Positions 29,418-39,170 are shown, numbered from the stretch's first letter. The stretch is 64,000 nucleotides of DNA from an uncultured Alistipes sp. (GCA_944323075.1 CALURC010000016.1:711446-775445); one strand, 5' to 3'. Notes: generated by a model from the letters alone, not told the origin. Made by a program: numbers and translations.

Positions 29418-29498
29418 CCTATTTTCCTCCCGATTTACCATCGGATCGGATTCTTCGCTTTCGACTCCGATCCCTATCTGGAAATCACGGATACTCTC

Positions 29499-30011
29499 TT
29501 ATCTCCGAATCAGCCGATTAATAAAGAACCATCCACCGACAATCTGCAGCGCCATTCCGGGCAACCCGATCCGGAAATCCTGTACGGCAAGGGCAAAATC
29601 ACCTACAATCGCCCATTCGCCCAAAGTTCCGAGAATCTGGTAAGCCAAAACGACGGCAACCAACAATCCGAACGATGCCCGTTTGAAATGCGAAGCCGCA
29701 TATCCTGCAACCAGTGCCAACAGAACCGATTTCAACAAGATAGCCGGAAGTCCTGCCACCGGAGGCATTCCGAACCACATCGAGTTCAACAACGGCGAAA
29801 AGACTGCGGTCAACAGTCCGACACGCCATCCATATTTATAGGCCCCGATCAGCGTAAAGAAGTAGATCGGCAGCCATCTCACCCCTCCTTGCGGGACAAG
29901 GTGGCACAACTGCGGCAGAACGATATTCCCCACAACAAACAATGCGGCAACCCAATAGGTCTTCACCCGGTTGTATTTCAGCGAATAGAATTTTACTGTT
30001 GTTGCTTCCAT
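29499..30011 (-). CDS. ECF transporter S-component-like membrane protein
   Basis: 170 aa, ~6 TM; LPQLCH, LPIYFFTL, GLLTAVFSPL, FGMPP. Confidence 0.7.
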   Translation of the reverse strand: MEATTVKFYSLKYNRVKTYWVAALFVVGNIVLPQLCHLVPQGGVRWLPIYFFTLIGAYKYGWRVGLLTAVFSPLLNSMWFGMPPVAGLPAILLKSVLLALVAGYAASHFKRASFGLLVAVVLAYQILGTLGEWAIVGDFALAVQDFRIGLPGMALQIVGGWFFINRLIRR

Positions 30012-30035
30012 CTTACATAAAACGTTTAAATTTCA

Positions 30036-31442
30036 CTACTCATTTTCCGACACACCAAACTCCTTACCTTGCTTCAGCGTCTCCACAAACGCATTGATAC
30101 GATGCATCTCATGGGGAATATTGATGCTCTGCGGACAATGCTCGATACACTGCCCACAACCGATACAATGATCTGCCTGACGGAGACGGGGCACACTGCG
30201 GTCGTACCCGACAAGGAAAGCCCGTCGTGCCCGCCGATAGTTCTCGTCCTGCGACGAAGCCGGTAGATTTCCCTCGTTGACACACTTGTTATAGTGCAGC
30301 AAAACGGCAGGTATGTCGATGCCGTATGGACACGGCATACAATATTTGCAGTCGTTACACGGAATCGTCGGATACTGCATCATCAGATCCGCCACATGTT
30401 GCAAAAACTCCTGCTCATCCTCGTCCAATGGAACCAACGGAGAGTAGGTACGGATGTTATCCTGCAGATGCTCCATATAGGTCATGCCGCTGAGTACCGT
30501 CAGCACCTTTTCGGGCGTACCGGCAAAACGGAAAGCCCATGACGCCACACTGGTCTCCGGATTCCGCTGTTTCAACTCCGACACGACATGGTCCGGCACA
30601 TTCGACAGCCGTCCGCCGAGCAGGGGTTCCATGATAACGGCCGGAATATTGCGTTTTTCCAGTTGATCGTACAGATACACGGCATCCACATTATTATTCG
30701 ATGCATGCTCCCAGTCAACATAATTGAGCTGAATCTGCACGAAGTCCCAGTGCACCGTATCGTGCATCGCCAACACCTCGTCGAAGACATCGACCGTACC
30801 GTGGAACGAAAAGCCCAAGTTCCGGATACGTCCTGCTTCACGCTCTTTCAACAAGAAATCCAAAATCCCGTTATCGATATACCGAGCCCGGAACGTCTTG
30901 ATCCCGCCATTACCGATCGAATGCAGCAGATAGTAGTCGATGTAATCCACCTGAAGCTCCTCGAACGATTTTTTGTACATGGCGATCGAGTTCTCCCGAG
31001 TATAGTTAGAGAAGTTAGAGAGTTTGGTCGCAATCTGGAATTTTTCGCGCGGATGACGCTTCAGGGCAATACCCGTCGACTTCTCTGACCAGCCCTGTAC
31101 GTACACGGGAGACGTATCGAAATAGGTCACCCCGTGTGCAATGGCATAATCGACTAACTCGTTGACCGCATCCTGATCGATCACATTACCATCCCCGTCA
31201 GGCGAAGGCAGTGTCGGCCATCGCATACACCCATAGCCCAACAACGACACCTGCTCCCCGTTTTTTGGATTGGTCCGGTAGGTCATCTGATCAGTAGGAA
31301 CCTCACCCTGTGCCGTCCGATCACCCGAGATCGGGTTTTTCTTCGAATCGCATCCCACGAGGGCAGCCGTCGTCGTTGCCGTACTGATCCCTACGATCTT
31401 CAAAAAATCACGACGCGATATATTTTTTTGTTTAGGATTCAT
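30036..31442 (-). CDS. Aldo/keto reductase with C-terminal 4Fe-4S dicluster and Tat (lipo)signal
   Basis: From ATG 31442: SRRDFLK, ALVG-C, SLLGYGCMR, FDTSPVY, IATK, CNDCKYCMPCP, CIGCGQCIEHCP. Confidence 0.9.
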   Translation of the reverse strand: MNPKQKNISRRDFLKIVGISTATTTAALVGCDSKKNPISGDRTAQGEVPTDQMTYRTNPKNGEQVSLLGYGCMRWPTLPSPDGDGNVIDQDAVNELVDYAIAHGVTYFDTSPVYVQGWSEKSTGIALKRHPREKFQIATKLSNFSNYTRENSIAMYKKSFEELQVDYIDYYLLHSIGNGGIKTFRARYIDNGILDFLLKEREAGRIRNLGFSFHGTVDVFDEVLAMHDTVHWDFVQIQLNYVDWEHASNNNVDAVYLYDQLEKRNIPAVIMEPLLGGRLSNVPDHVVSELKQRNPETSVASWAFRFAGTPEKVLTVLSGMTYMEHLQDNIRTYSPLVPLDEDEQEFLQHVADLMMQYPTIPCNDCKYCMPCPYGIDIPAVLLHYNKCVNEGNLPASSQDENYRRARRAFLVGYDRSVPRLRQADHCIGCGQCIEHCPQSINIPHEMHRINAFVETLKQGKEFGVSENE

Positions 31443-31468
31443 ATCCGTAAATTTTTCTTTTAAACATT

Positions 31469-32986
31469 CTATATCATCCGGTGTCTCTCGTGCCCTTCGA
31501 CATAAATCGCACTGAACGGACGGGACGGACAGAGATTTTCGCAGGCTCCGCAGCCGATACACTTCTCCTCATTTACAACTGGAATCTTCGGAGAATCGGG
31601 ATTCGCCGGATCGGAAGGGACCATCGAAATAGCCCCCGTCGGGCAGTGACGTGCACAGTTTCCGCACTCCACGCCATCGGTCAACGGAATACAGTTCTCC
31701 TTCACCCACACCGCATGACCGACCTGTATGGCCGACTTGTCCGCCGGTGTAATCTTCAGAATGGCTCCTGTCGGACACACCTCCGAACACTTCACACATT
31801 CGGGTCGGCAGTACCCTTTTTCATAAGAGGCTTCGGGTTGCATCAATACGGTCCATCCTGTCGAAGGTCGCAATACGCCCGTCGGACACACTGACACACA
31901 AAGTTGACAACCCGTACAATGAGCCGCCATATTCCGCAAGCTCTGGGCACCGGGCGGCACGATTGGCGTAGCACGGTTCGGAATCTTTTTATCCAGAATC
32001 ACGGCCAACCCGCCATCGACTTTCTTTTCTTGTGCCCGAACCGCTGCCGTCGCAGTCAGAAGCCCTACACCCGAAAGAAACATTCGACGGGCTGTATCAA
32101 CTTTTTCCTTATTATCGGAATGGGGCTCAGTTTTTGCCGAATCGGGCTTCTCGACACTCCGCATCGGCCGCAATCGATAACTGATCGCCCCTTGCCGACA
32201 CGACTCGATACAATCCATACATGCCACACATCGGCTGTAATCAATCCGATGAGCCTTCGAGTCGATACAAGAAGCCTTACAACGCCGCGAGCAAAGCGTA
32301 CACCCGTTACATTTCTCCGTATCGATTACCGGACGGAAAAGAGAGAAACGCGAGATGAAGCCCAAAACCGTCCCGACAGGGCAAATCGTATTACAATAGG
32401 TCCGTCCATTGCGCCACGCCAGAATGACAACAACAACAAAGGTTACGACCGCAACGATAAAGGTCGGCAGACTCTTGATCCACACCTCTTTTTCGTAGAA
32501 GGCATAACTATCCATACGCTCGGCTGCATAGGCTAACAGGTTGTTACCCCAACCCCATAGCGGAGCAAAAAGGTTTTGTGCGATTCTTCCGTACGCGCCA
32601 TAGGGATCCAACAAAGCCACAAACGAACCGACACCGGCGATCAGTGCAATGACCAACAACACTAGCATCGTATAACGTAACCACGAAATAGCAGGAGAAA
32701 AAGAAAACCGGTTATGTTTCTTTTTACGTCGACCGCTCAACCACGACACAATATCCTGCATCACCCCCAACGGACAGATCACCGAACAATAGACACGACC
32801 AAACAGCCACGTAACCAGAATCAGAGCGATAATCACTCCCACATTCAACGCCAAAACGGCAGGCAAGAACTGCACCTTCGCCAGCCACCTGAACCACGAG
32901 TGCAACGTTCCCGTAAAATCAAGAAACAGCAACGTTATCAGCACAAAACAGATCGCTGCCAGCAAAATTCTTATTTTCCTTAACAT
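31469..32986 (-). CDS. Membrane polyferredoxin (NapH/MauN-like plus NapF/G-like domains)
   Basis: N-terminal TMs, GRVYCSVICP, GRTYCNTICP, multiple CxxCxxCxxxCP motifs. Likely start ATG 32986. Confidence 0.88.
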   Translation of the reverse strand: MLRKIRILLAAICFVLITLLFLDFTGTLHSWFRWLAKVQFLPAVLALNVGVIIALILVTWLFGRVYCSVICPLGVMQDIVSWLSGRRKKKHNRFSFSPAISWLRYTMLVLLVIALIAGVGSFVALLDPYGAYGRIAQNLFAPLWGWGNNLLAYAAERMDSYAFYEKEVWIKSLPTFIVAVVTFVVVVILAWRNGRTYCNTICPVGTVLGFISRFSLFRPVIDTEKCNGCTLCSRRCKASCIDSKAHRIDYSRCVACMDCIESCRQGAISYRLRPMRSVEKPDSAKTEPHSDNKEKVDTARRMFLSGVGLLTATAAVRAQEKKVDGGLAVILDKKIPNRATPIVPPGAQSLRNMAAHCTGCQLCVSVCPTGVLRPSTGWTVLMQPEASYEKGYCRPECVKCSEVCPTGAILKITPADKSAIQVGHAVWVKENCIPLTDGVECGNCARHCPTGAISMVPSDPANPDSPKIPVVNEEKCIGCGACENLCPSRPFSAIYVEGHERHRMI

Positions 32987-33213
32987 AGATTTATTATAGC
33001 TAAATATTTTTTGTAAGCTCACCTCGGCAAAATTACTGATTCTCCGTCGTAATCGATAACCTCTATTCCAGATTTTTCAACCGATATCACAGATTACACA
33101 GACTTTTTTTCAAAAGCTTTCCTCTATTTGAGATTGTTTTTAAAAGCAGATCATCATTCCATTTTGAATCTCCGTTCGTACATTTCACTTCACTCAGCAC
33201 ACCCCAATAAATT

Positions 33214-33660
33214 TCATATCTTCTGCATTACCGTATGTTGAGATAGCTCCTGCATAAACTGGTCGATGATGACACGACACTCTTCGACCGTAGCCGCATG
33301 TATACACCGCTTCTCTAACGGACACCAATCCGATCCTTGTCGATTGATGATATGAGGAACCTCAACAGCATACTCCACCTCGATCCCATATGTCCGAAAA
33401 AATTCCAATGCAGGAGTACTGATCACGCGTGCAAACACCGCGCTCACTCCCCCCAAAATCATTAAGGTTGCAGCACCTCGGCCCACGACTTTATCTGCAA
33501 TGAACGCCCCGGTCAGAAATTCAGGCTCTTCTGTCAGCAAACGGTATAGATCTGAAACGCCTCGACCATAGAATGATCTGACTTCAACACCATTATCTAC
33601 CACACATGAGCTATTCTCCTCTACAAGACGATCGATCAACTTCTTTCTATCCCTATTCAT
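33214..33660 (-). CDS. DUF1893 (TM1506-like) protein
   Basis: GRGVSDL, ADKVVGRGAA, IINRQGSDWCPLE. Confidence 0.85.
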   Translation of the reverse strand: MNRDRKKLIDRLVEENSSCVVDNGVEVRSFYGRGVSDLYRLLTEEPEFLTGAFIADKVVGRGAATLMILGGVSAVFARVISTPALEFFRTYGIEVEYAVEVPHIINRQGSDWCPLEKRCIHAATVEECRVIIDQFMQELSQHTVMQKI

Positions 33661-33848
33661 TATTTCCCTTTAAATCCAATTTTCAAAAATACATTTAATT
33701 TCTCAAAGATCTATCGCTATCGCGAATCTCCATAATACTCTCTTTCATTCTAAAGTAATCCTCAAAAACCAACTGTCGACAGCTTTTATATGAACCGCCC
33801 TACAAACGTCGTTTACCTCTAAAAAAAATCCGGAGTGACATAAAAATA

Positions 33849-33891
33849 TATACTTTGCATTGCATAGTATAAAAATAAATTTATATATTTG
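33849..33891 (+). promoter_or_regulatory. Promoter of the pspC-padR module with overlapping palindromic operator
   Basis: TATACT-T-TGCA-T-TGCA-T-AGTATA (33849-33871, 10/11 symmetric pairs) and TATATTTG -7 box (33884-33891). Confidence 0.6.
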
Positions 33892-34062
33892 CAAAAACAA
33901 ATAATATAACAATCCAAATATCCGGGTATGAAGAAGTCTAAAAATGTCAATATCCCGATTTCTGGAAGTTCTAAATCGTAATCATGATTATAACAACAAA
34001 GTGACAACTAACAAAAGGTACGAAAGAGTTTTTCGACCCGATCATTAAAAAAATCTACCGCT

Positions 34063-34575
34063 ATGAAAAAGACAGTAAACGTGAATATCGGCGGAATCGC
34101 ATTCATTTTAGACGAGGATGCCTATTTGTCGTTAAAAAGATATCTCGCCGAGATCGAAATCCGACTGGACGGCACTGACGACAAAGAGACCATGCAGGAC
34201 ATAGAGACTCGCATTGCCGACATCTTCAACGAAACACTCACCTCACGCAATCAAGTAGTCGACCTCTCACTGGTCCATCGAGCCATAGCCATTATCGGAA
34301 ACGCCCAGGAGTTCGGGGAACCCCGCCGCAGTTTGACACCGGAAGAACCGACAAACACCCCAAGTTACCGCAAACTTTATCGTAGCCGCAACGACCAGAT
34401 TGTCGGAGGCGTCTGCGGAGGTATCGCAGCATACTTCGAGATCGACCCTACGCTGATTCGTATTCTGATGGCCCTGTTCATCATCTTCGGAATCGGACTG
34501 ATCGTCTACATTGTACTGTGGATCATCATCCCGAAGGCTCCAGAAACCCGCTATCCCAATACATCGAACTTTTAA
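34063..34575 (+). CDS. PspC-domain protein (short)
   Basis: VNIGGIAFILDEDAY, KLYRSRNDQIVGGVCGGIAAYF, YIVLWIIIP. Confidence 0.9.
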   Translation: MKKTVNVNIGGIAFILDEDAYLSLKRYLAEIEIRLDGTDDKETMQDIETRIADIFNETLTSRNQVVDLSLVHRAIAIIGNAQEFGEPRRSLTPEEPTNTPSYRKLYRSRNDQIVGGVCGGIAAYFEIDPTLIRILMALFIIFGIGLIVYIVLWIIIPKAPETRYPNTSNF

Positions 34576-34593
34576 GGCAAGGAGGTTCACGTT

Positions 34594-34932
34594 ATGACAG
34601 AACTGAATATCGACAACATCAAAGCCCAGATGCGGAAAGGAATCCTGGAGTACTGCATTCTTTCGATCATCTCGCGTCAGGACGCCTACGCCTCATCGAT
34701 CATCGCCGAGCTGAAGAAAGCCGAAATGATCGTGGTCGAAGGAACGCTCTATCCACTGCTCACCCGCCAGAAGAATCAGGGTTTGCTCACGTACCGCTGG
34801 GAGGAGTCGCCACAGGGGCCTCCGCGAAAATACTATTCGATCACACCGAAAGGCAGGGAGTGTCTGGCTCAACTCGATCTGGCATGGAGCGAACTTGTTT
34901 CGCAGATCGCGGTTATCCGTAATGAACAATAA
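34594..34932 (+). CDS. PadR-family transcriptional regulator
   Basis: MRKGILEYCIL, EGTLYPLLTR, GPPRKYYSIT. Confidence 0.95.
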   Translation: MTELNIDNIKAQMRKGILEYCILSIISRQDAYASSIIAELKKAEMIVVEGTLYPLLTRQKNQGLLTYRWEESPQGPPRKYYSITPKGRECLAQLDLAWSELVSQIAVIRNEQ

Positions 34933-34945
34933 CAGATTTACGAAC

Positions 34946-36199
34946 ATGAATACTATCCACGTCAATATCGGAGGCATCGGATTTTCTCTAGAAGAGGAGG
35001 GGTATCGTCTTTTAAAGGAGTATCTGGTTCAGCTCGAAGTCCGGCTTCACGAAAATCCGGACAGAAAAGAAATTATATCTGATATAGAAGCTCGCATCTG
35101 CGAGCTGATTCTCGACGAACAGAGCCCCGAAAACATTGTCTCGGCCCCACGAATCAAAGAGATCATCAGACAACTCGGGCTTCCGGACGGTGCGGCAGGT
35201 TTTTCGGACGACAAGTGTGCTCCTCAACAAACCGAATATTCCAAAGAGACGCTCACCAAACGCCTCTACCGCAATCCGGACGGTGCCAAAATCGGTGGCG
35301 TGTGTAGCGGTCTTGCAACCTACTTTCAAATAGAACCGACGATCATCCGTCTTCTATTTTGTTCCCCGTTACTGCTGCTGATCTGCGTCAGCGTCATTCC
35401 GGTCATCAACATGCTTTGCCCCTTCTTTGGTGTTATGATTTCAGTAAGTATCTTGCTCTACCTGATTCTTTGGTTCGCAGTTCCTAAAGCATGCACCCCC
35501 CGGCAAAAACTCGAAATGACCGGATCTCCAATCACGGTTGCCTCCATCAGCCAAACACTCAGCAGCGATTTGTACGACAGTGGCGACTCTTCTTCAAAGA
35601 GTCGCCGCAGCGCTCCGATCATAGCCGAACTTCTCTACACGACCGGACGTATCGTATTGTTCTGCCTTAAAGCGTTCATGTTAGTCATTGCGATCGTCTT
35701 AAGTTTGATCGTCCTATTCGCTGGCATAGCATTTATCGCATTCATAATCGGTCTGTTGGTTTTCAACGTATCGTGGGAGCATCCTCTGGTATTGCCTCTG
35801 TTGTTGCCTTTGATCGTACTGCTCCCTACCGCCACGATCGTTTATCTGATTTTGAGATGGTTGTTCAAGGCACCGAAACGAGACAAAACCTTTTCCATAT
35901 TGACGGGCATCTGGATTCTGATTTTGATCTATTTCGGTATAGCTCTTCTGAAAGAGTATCCAAGAATCGAGAACTGGCTCGAGAATGACGGAATAGAGGA
36001 ATGGTATTTCGAACGGCTCCAACAACAGAATTCATCCGTAATCGATCTACCGGCAAACACGACGGGAAGCACTCCGATTGTTACACCGACGGCCATCGAA
36101 GATTCAATAACATCCGGTTCCCCGGTTGTCACAACAGCAGCTCCAACAGCAAGCGACACAATAAAGCCGGAAACAAATACAGAACTTTTAACCAACTAA
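34946..36199 (+). CDS. PspC-domain protein (long, multi-TM)
   Basis: VNIGGIGFSLEEEGY, LYRNPDGAKIGGVCSGLATYF, YLILWFAVP, QKLEMTG. Start ATG 34946 (or 34922). Confidence 0.85.
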   Translation: MNTIHVNIGGIGFSLEEEGYRLLKEYLVQLEVRLHENPDRKEIISDIEARICELILDEQSPENIVSAPRIKEIIRQLGLPDGAAGFSDDKCAPQQTEYSKETLTKRLYRNPDGAKIGGVCSGLATYFQIEPTIIRLLFCSPLLLLICVSVIPVINMLCPFFGVMISVSILLYLILWFAVPKACTPRQKLEMTGSPITVASISQTLSSDLYDSGDSSSKSRRSAPIIAELLYTTGRIVLFCLKAFMLVIAIVLSLIVLFAGIAFIAFIIGLLVFNVSWEHPLVLPLLLPLIVLLPTATIVYLILRWLFKAPKRDKTFSILTGIWILILIYFGIALLKEYPRIENWLENDGIEEWYFERLQQQNSSVIDLPANTTGSTPIVTPTAIEDSITSGSPVVTTAAPTASDTIKPETNTELLTN

Positions 36200-36206
36200 T
36201 CGAATT

Positions 36207-36572
36207 ATGGAAATCATCTCAGATAAATCTTCTCGCAAGAGCAAAAAAATCTCATTCAACCGTGCTCGGAATACATACATCGGCTCCGTACTGATCCTTG
36301 CCAGCATCATTTGGCTACTGCGTAATTTCGACATACTTCCTCCCGACATATTCGATGCGATCTTCTCTTGGCCGATGTTGGTCGTTCTGGTCGGAGGTTA
36401 CCTGCTGACAATGCGGCAATACATAACAGGAGGTATAGTCACATTCGTAGGATCTCTTCTCCTTCTGATTCGAACGATGCATCTACACTTCCCCTTGGAC
36501 AAGATTTTCGTTCCACTACTACTCTTTTGTACCGGAATCGCTTTCCTTTCTTCCATTCGGAACAAAGAGTAA
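36207..36572 (+). CDS. LiaF-like/DUF5668-type small membrane protein
   Basis: 4 TM; IWLLRNFDI, IFSWPMLVVLVG. Follows the PspC module. Confidence 0.6.
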   Translation: MEIISDKSSRKSKKISFNRARNTYIGSVLILASIIWLLRNFDILPPDIFDAIFSWPMLVVLVGGYLLTMRQYITGGIVTFVGSLLLLIRTMHLHFPLDKIFVPLLLFCTGIAFLSSIRNKE

Positions 36573-36674
36573 ACCTTTCGCAAGATAAAAAAACCAGACC
36601 TCATGAAATCCGCTTCACAATAATTACTACTTTTGTGGCGAAGAAAAAACGATAAAATCAGAGGAGGTTGATTT

Positions 36675-37655
36675 ATGGAAGGAAAACAATGCATAGGAAT
36701 TTTGACCTCGGGAGGAGACGCTCCGGGAATGAATGCAGCAATCCGTGCCGTAACCCGTACCGCAATCTACAACGGATTCGAGGTAAGAGGAATCATGAGA
36801 GGCTACAAAGGACTGATCACTGATGAGATCATTCCGTTTCAGACCGAAAACGTCAGCAACATTATCCAACAGGGCGGAACGATACTGAAGACTGCGCGAA
36901 GTGAGGAGTTCCGTACAGCAGAGGGCCGAAAAACAGCATACGAAAATATCTTAAAACACGGGATTACGGCTCTTGTCGTAATCGGAGGAGACGGATCGCT
37001 TACCGGAGCCCGTATTTTCGCCACCGAATATAACTTTCCGATCGTCGGACTGCCGGGTACTATTGACAACGATCTGTTCGGTACCGATACAACTATTGGA
37101 TACGATACCGCTCTGAACACAATCGTACAGTCGGTCGATAAGATCCGCGACACGGCGACCTCTCACGAACGAATCTTCTTCATCGAAGTCATGGGACGTG
37201 AAGCCGGATTCTTGGCACTGAACGGAGCCATTGCATCGGGAGCCGAGGCTGCAATCATCCCTGAAATCGCAACTGAAGTAGACCAGCTGGGGGAATTCAT
37301 CCAACACGGTTTCCGTAAATCAAAAAACAGCAGTATTGTCTTAGTGGCTGAAAGCGAGCTGACCGGTGGAGCCATGGGATTGGCCGAACGGGTCAAAAAT
37401 GAGTTCCCGCAATACGATGTCCGAGTTACGATTCTCGGACACATCCAACGGGGTGGTTCCCCAACTGCAACTGACCGTATTCTTGCCAGTCGAATGGGAG
37501 AAGCTGCTATATACGCACTGCTCGAAGACCAACGGAATGTCATGATTGGCATACAGAACGACGAGTTGGTTTACATTCCATTTAGCAAGGCGATCAAAAA
37601 CCAAAAACCCATCAAACACGAACTTCTAAATACACTGAAAACGCTGTCGATTTAA
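36675..37655 (+). CDS. pfkA: ATP-dependent 6-phosphofructokinase
   Basis: [36 protein letters not shown]. Confidence 0.97.
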   Translation: MEGKQCIGILTSGGDAPGMNAAIRAVTRTAIYNGFEVRGIMRGYKGLITDEIIPFQTENVSNIIQQGGTILKTARSEEFRTAEGRKTAYENILKHGITALVVIGGDGSLTGARIFATEYNFPIVGLPGTIDNDLFGTDTTIGYDTALNTIVQSVDKIRDTATSHERIFFIEVMGREAGFLALNGAIASGAEAAIIPEIATEVDQLGEFIQHGFRKSKNSSIVLVAESELTGGAMGLAERVKNEFPQYDVRVTILGHIQRGGSPTATDRILASRMGEAAIYALLEDQRNVMIGIQNDELVYIPFSKAIKNQKPIKHELLNTLKTLSI

Positions 37656-37679
37656 TAACACAACAGGTCTTCTCATAAG

Positions 37680-37712
37680 AACCGGATGATTTCAAAAAAC
37701 CATCCGGTTTTT
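37680..37712 (+). terminator. Intrinsic terminator after pfkA
   Basis: AACCGGATG...CATCCGGTT followed by a T-run. Confidence 0.7.
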
Positions 37713-37773
37713 TTATTACTTTTACGTGCATCAATACAACAAATCGGCATTAACAACTCTTCTATTATTACAT

Positions 37774-38697
37774 ATGGGACACCACGATCATCACAATCAC
37801 CACCACATTCACTCGATCGACCATTTGAACCGGGCCTTTCTGATCGGCATACTGCTGAATCTGATATTCGTTATCGTCGAACTTACGGCAGGATTATTTT
37901 TGGACTCGATCGCCCTGATCTCCGACGCGGGACACAATCTGAGCGATGTGATCAGCCTCGTTGTCTCGCTATTTGCATTCCGTCTGGCACGATTAAAACC
38001 AACTCCTCACTACACGTACGGATACAAAAAGAGTACGGTTCTGGCCTCGCTGTTCAATGCCTGTATCCTATTGGTCGCGGTCGGTGCCATTTTAATGGAA
38101 AGCTTTGATAAACTGCGGAATCCACAACCCATTGCAGGAAACAGCATCGCATGGGTGGCAGGAGTAGGCATCCTCGTCAACGCTTTCACGGCTTGGCTCT
38201 TCCTCAAGGACAGGAAACATGACCTGAATGTCAAAGGAGCCTTCCTGCACATGGCGGCCGACACGTTAGTTTCGGTCGGAGTGGTCATCTCCGGAATCAT
38301 CATCTCCCATACGGGATGGTACATTATCGACCCGCTGATCGGTATCATCATTTCAGTCGTCATTCTGATTTCGAGCATCCGTCTGTTGCATGACAGTCTT
38401 CGACTCTCTTTGGATGGAGTTCCTGCAGGTATCGACATCGAACAACTTCGTCTACGGTTACAGAAAAGTGATCCCCGCATTCAGGAAATTCATCACCTGC
38501 ACGTCTGGGCCATCAGCACCACCGAAAACTCTCTGACCGCACATATCGTTACGGAGGATATACAACACACTGCCGAGATCAAACATACCCTGCACGAGCG
38601 ACTGAAACAGGAGGGCATTCTTCATGCAACGCTGGAATTCGAACGTCCGGAGGAGACCTGTGACGCTCCGGAATGCGACTGCGGAAGAGAGCATTAG
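37774..38697 (+). CDS. Cation diffusion facilitator (CzcD-like) metal efflux protein
   Basis: His-rich N-terminus from ATG 37774; SDAGHNLSD, FLHMAAD, HHLHVW, HATLEFE. Confidence 0.93.
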   Translation: MGHHDHHNHHHIHSIDHLNRAFLIGILLNLIFVIVELTAGLFLDSIALISDAGHNLSDVISLVVSLFAFRLARLKPTPHYTYGYKKSTVLASLFNACILLVAVGAILMESFDKLRNPQPIAGNSIAWVAGVGILVNAFTAWLFLKDRKHDLNVKGAFLHMAADTLVSVGVVISGIIISHTGWYIIDPLIGIIISVVILISSIRLLHDSLRLSLDGVPAGIDIEQLRLRLQKSDPRIQEIHHLHVWAISTTENSLTAHIVTEDIQHTAEIKHTLHERLKQEGILHATLEFERPEETCDAPECDCGREH

Positions 38698-38764
38698 CCC
38701 ATATTTTTCGTTTGGTTATCCGCATACCGAGGGGTCATTTCGGTTTTTTGTAACCAAAAAAATT

Positions 38765-38794
38765 TTTGCTTTATCGTTTTTTTGATTATCTTTG
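38765..38794 (+). promoter_or_regulatory. Promoter of tRNA-fMet
   Basis: TTTG (38765-38768), 18-nt spacer, TATCTTTG (38787-38794). Confidence 0.6.
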
Positions 38795-38804
38795 CACTGC
38801 AAAT

Positions 38805-38877
38805 CGCGGGGTGGAGCAGTTGGCAGCTCGTTGGGCTCATAACCCAAAGGTCGGAGGTTCGAGTCCTCCCCCCGCTA
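38805..38877 (+). tRNA. tRNA-Met(CAT), initiator type; CCA not encoded
   Basis: Full cloverleaf, CAT anticodon, GGG/CCC anticodon-stem pairs, unpaired C1:T72, TTCGAGT T-loop. Confidence 0.97.
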
Positions 38878-38888
38878 CTAAGAAAGAG

Positions 38889-38922
38889 AGCAATGTATTC
38901 GGTGAGAGTACATTGCTTTTTT
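38889..38922 (+). terminator. Terminator after the tRNA
   Basis: AGCAATGTA...TACATTGCT followed by a T-run. Confidence 0.75.
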
Positions 38923-39170
38923 GTTTTATGACGCTGAAGCCTTCTCAAAAAAGGTCGATTCCGACTGTCGAGTGACAAATCGGCCGCAAGATACATCTCT
39001 CACCCCGCTCCGCCTCTACTCCATCTTCTACTTTCACCTTCACAACTTTATCCGGCAAACAACCGTACCGAGCAACTGCTCCGACAACCCACCTCACACA
39101 CCTACCCTTCCTGCGACCACTGCTACCACTCTTTTCACTCCACCCCGCCTGCTATCTACCCTCTCTCCGC

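Noticed and set aside
30036-31562. Long N-terminal extensions in the ORF track (also starts 20552, 28033, 33022, 37726, 53148, 57230)
   Set aside because: Downstream ATGs give proper signal peptides or family-typical N-termini and avoid overlaps with neighbours or promoters.
33819-34007. 62-aa ORF in the DUF1893-pspC intergenic region
   Set aside because: Overlaps the pspC promoter and operator in AT-rich DNA and has no motif.
38805-39170. tRNA-fMet as an integration site with an att duplication
   Set aside because: Only a 7-nt CCCCGCT echo near 39003, no integrase, and housekeeping genes on both sides.
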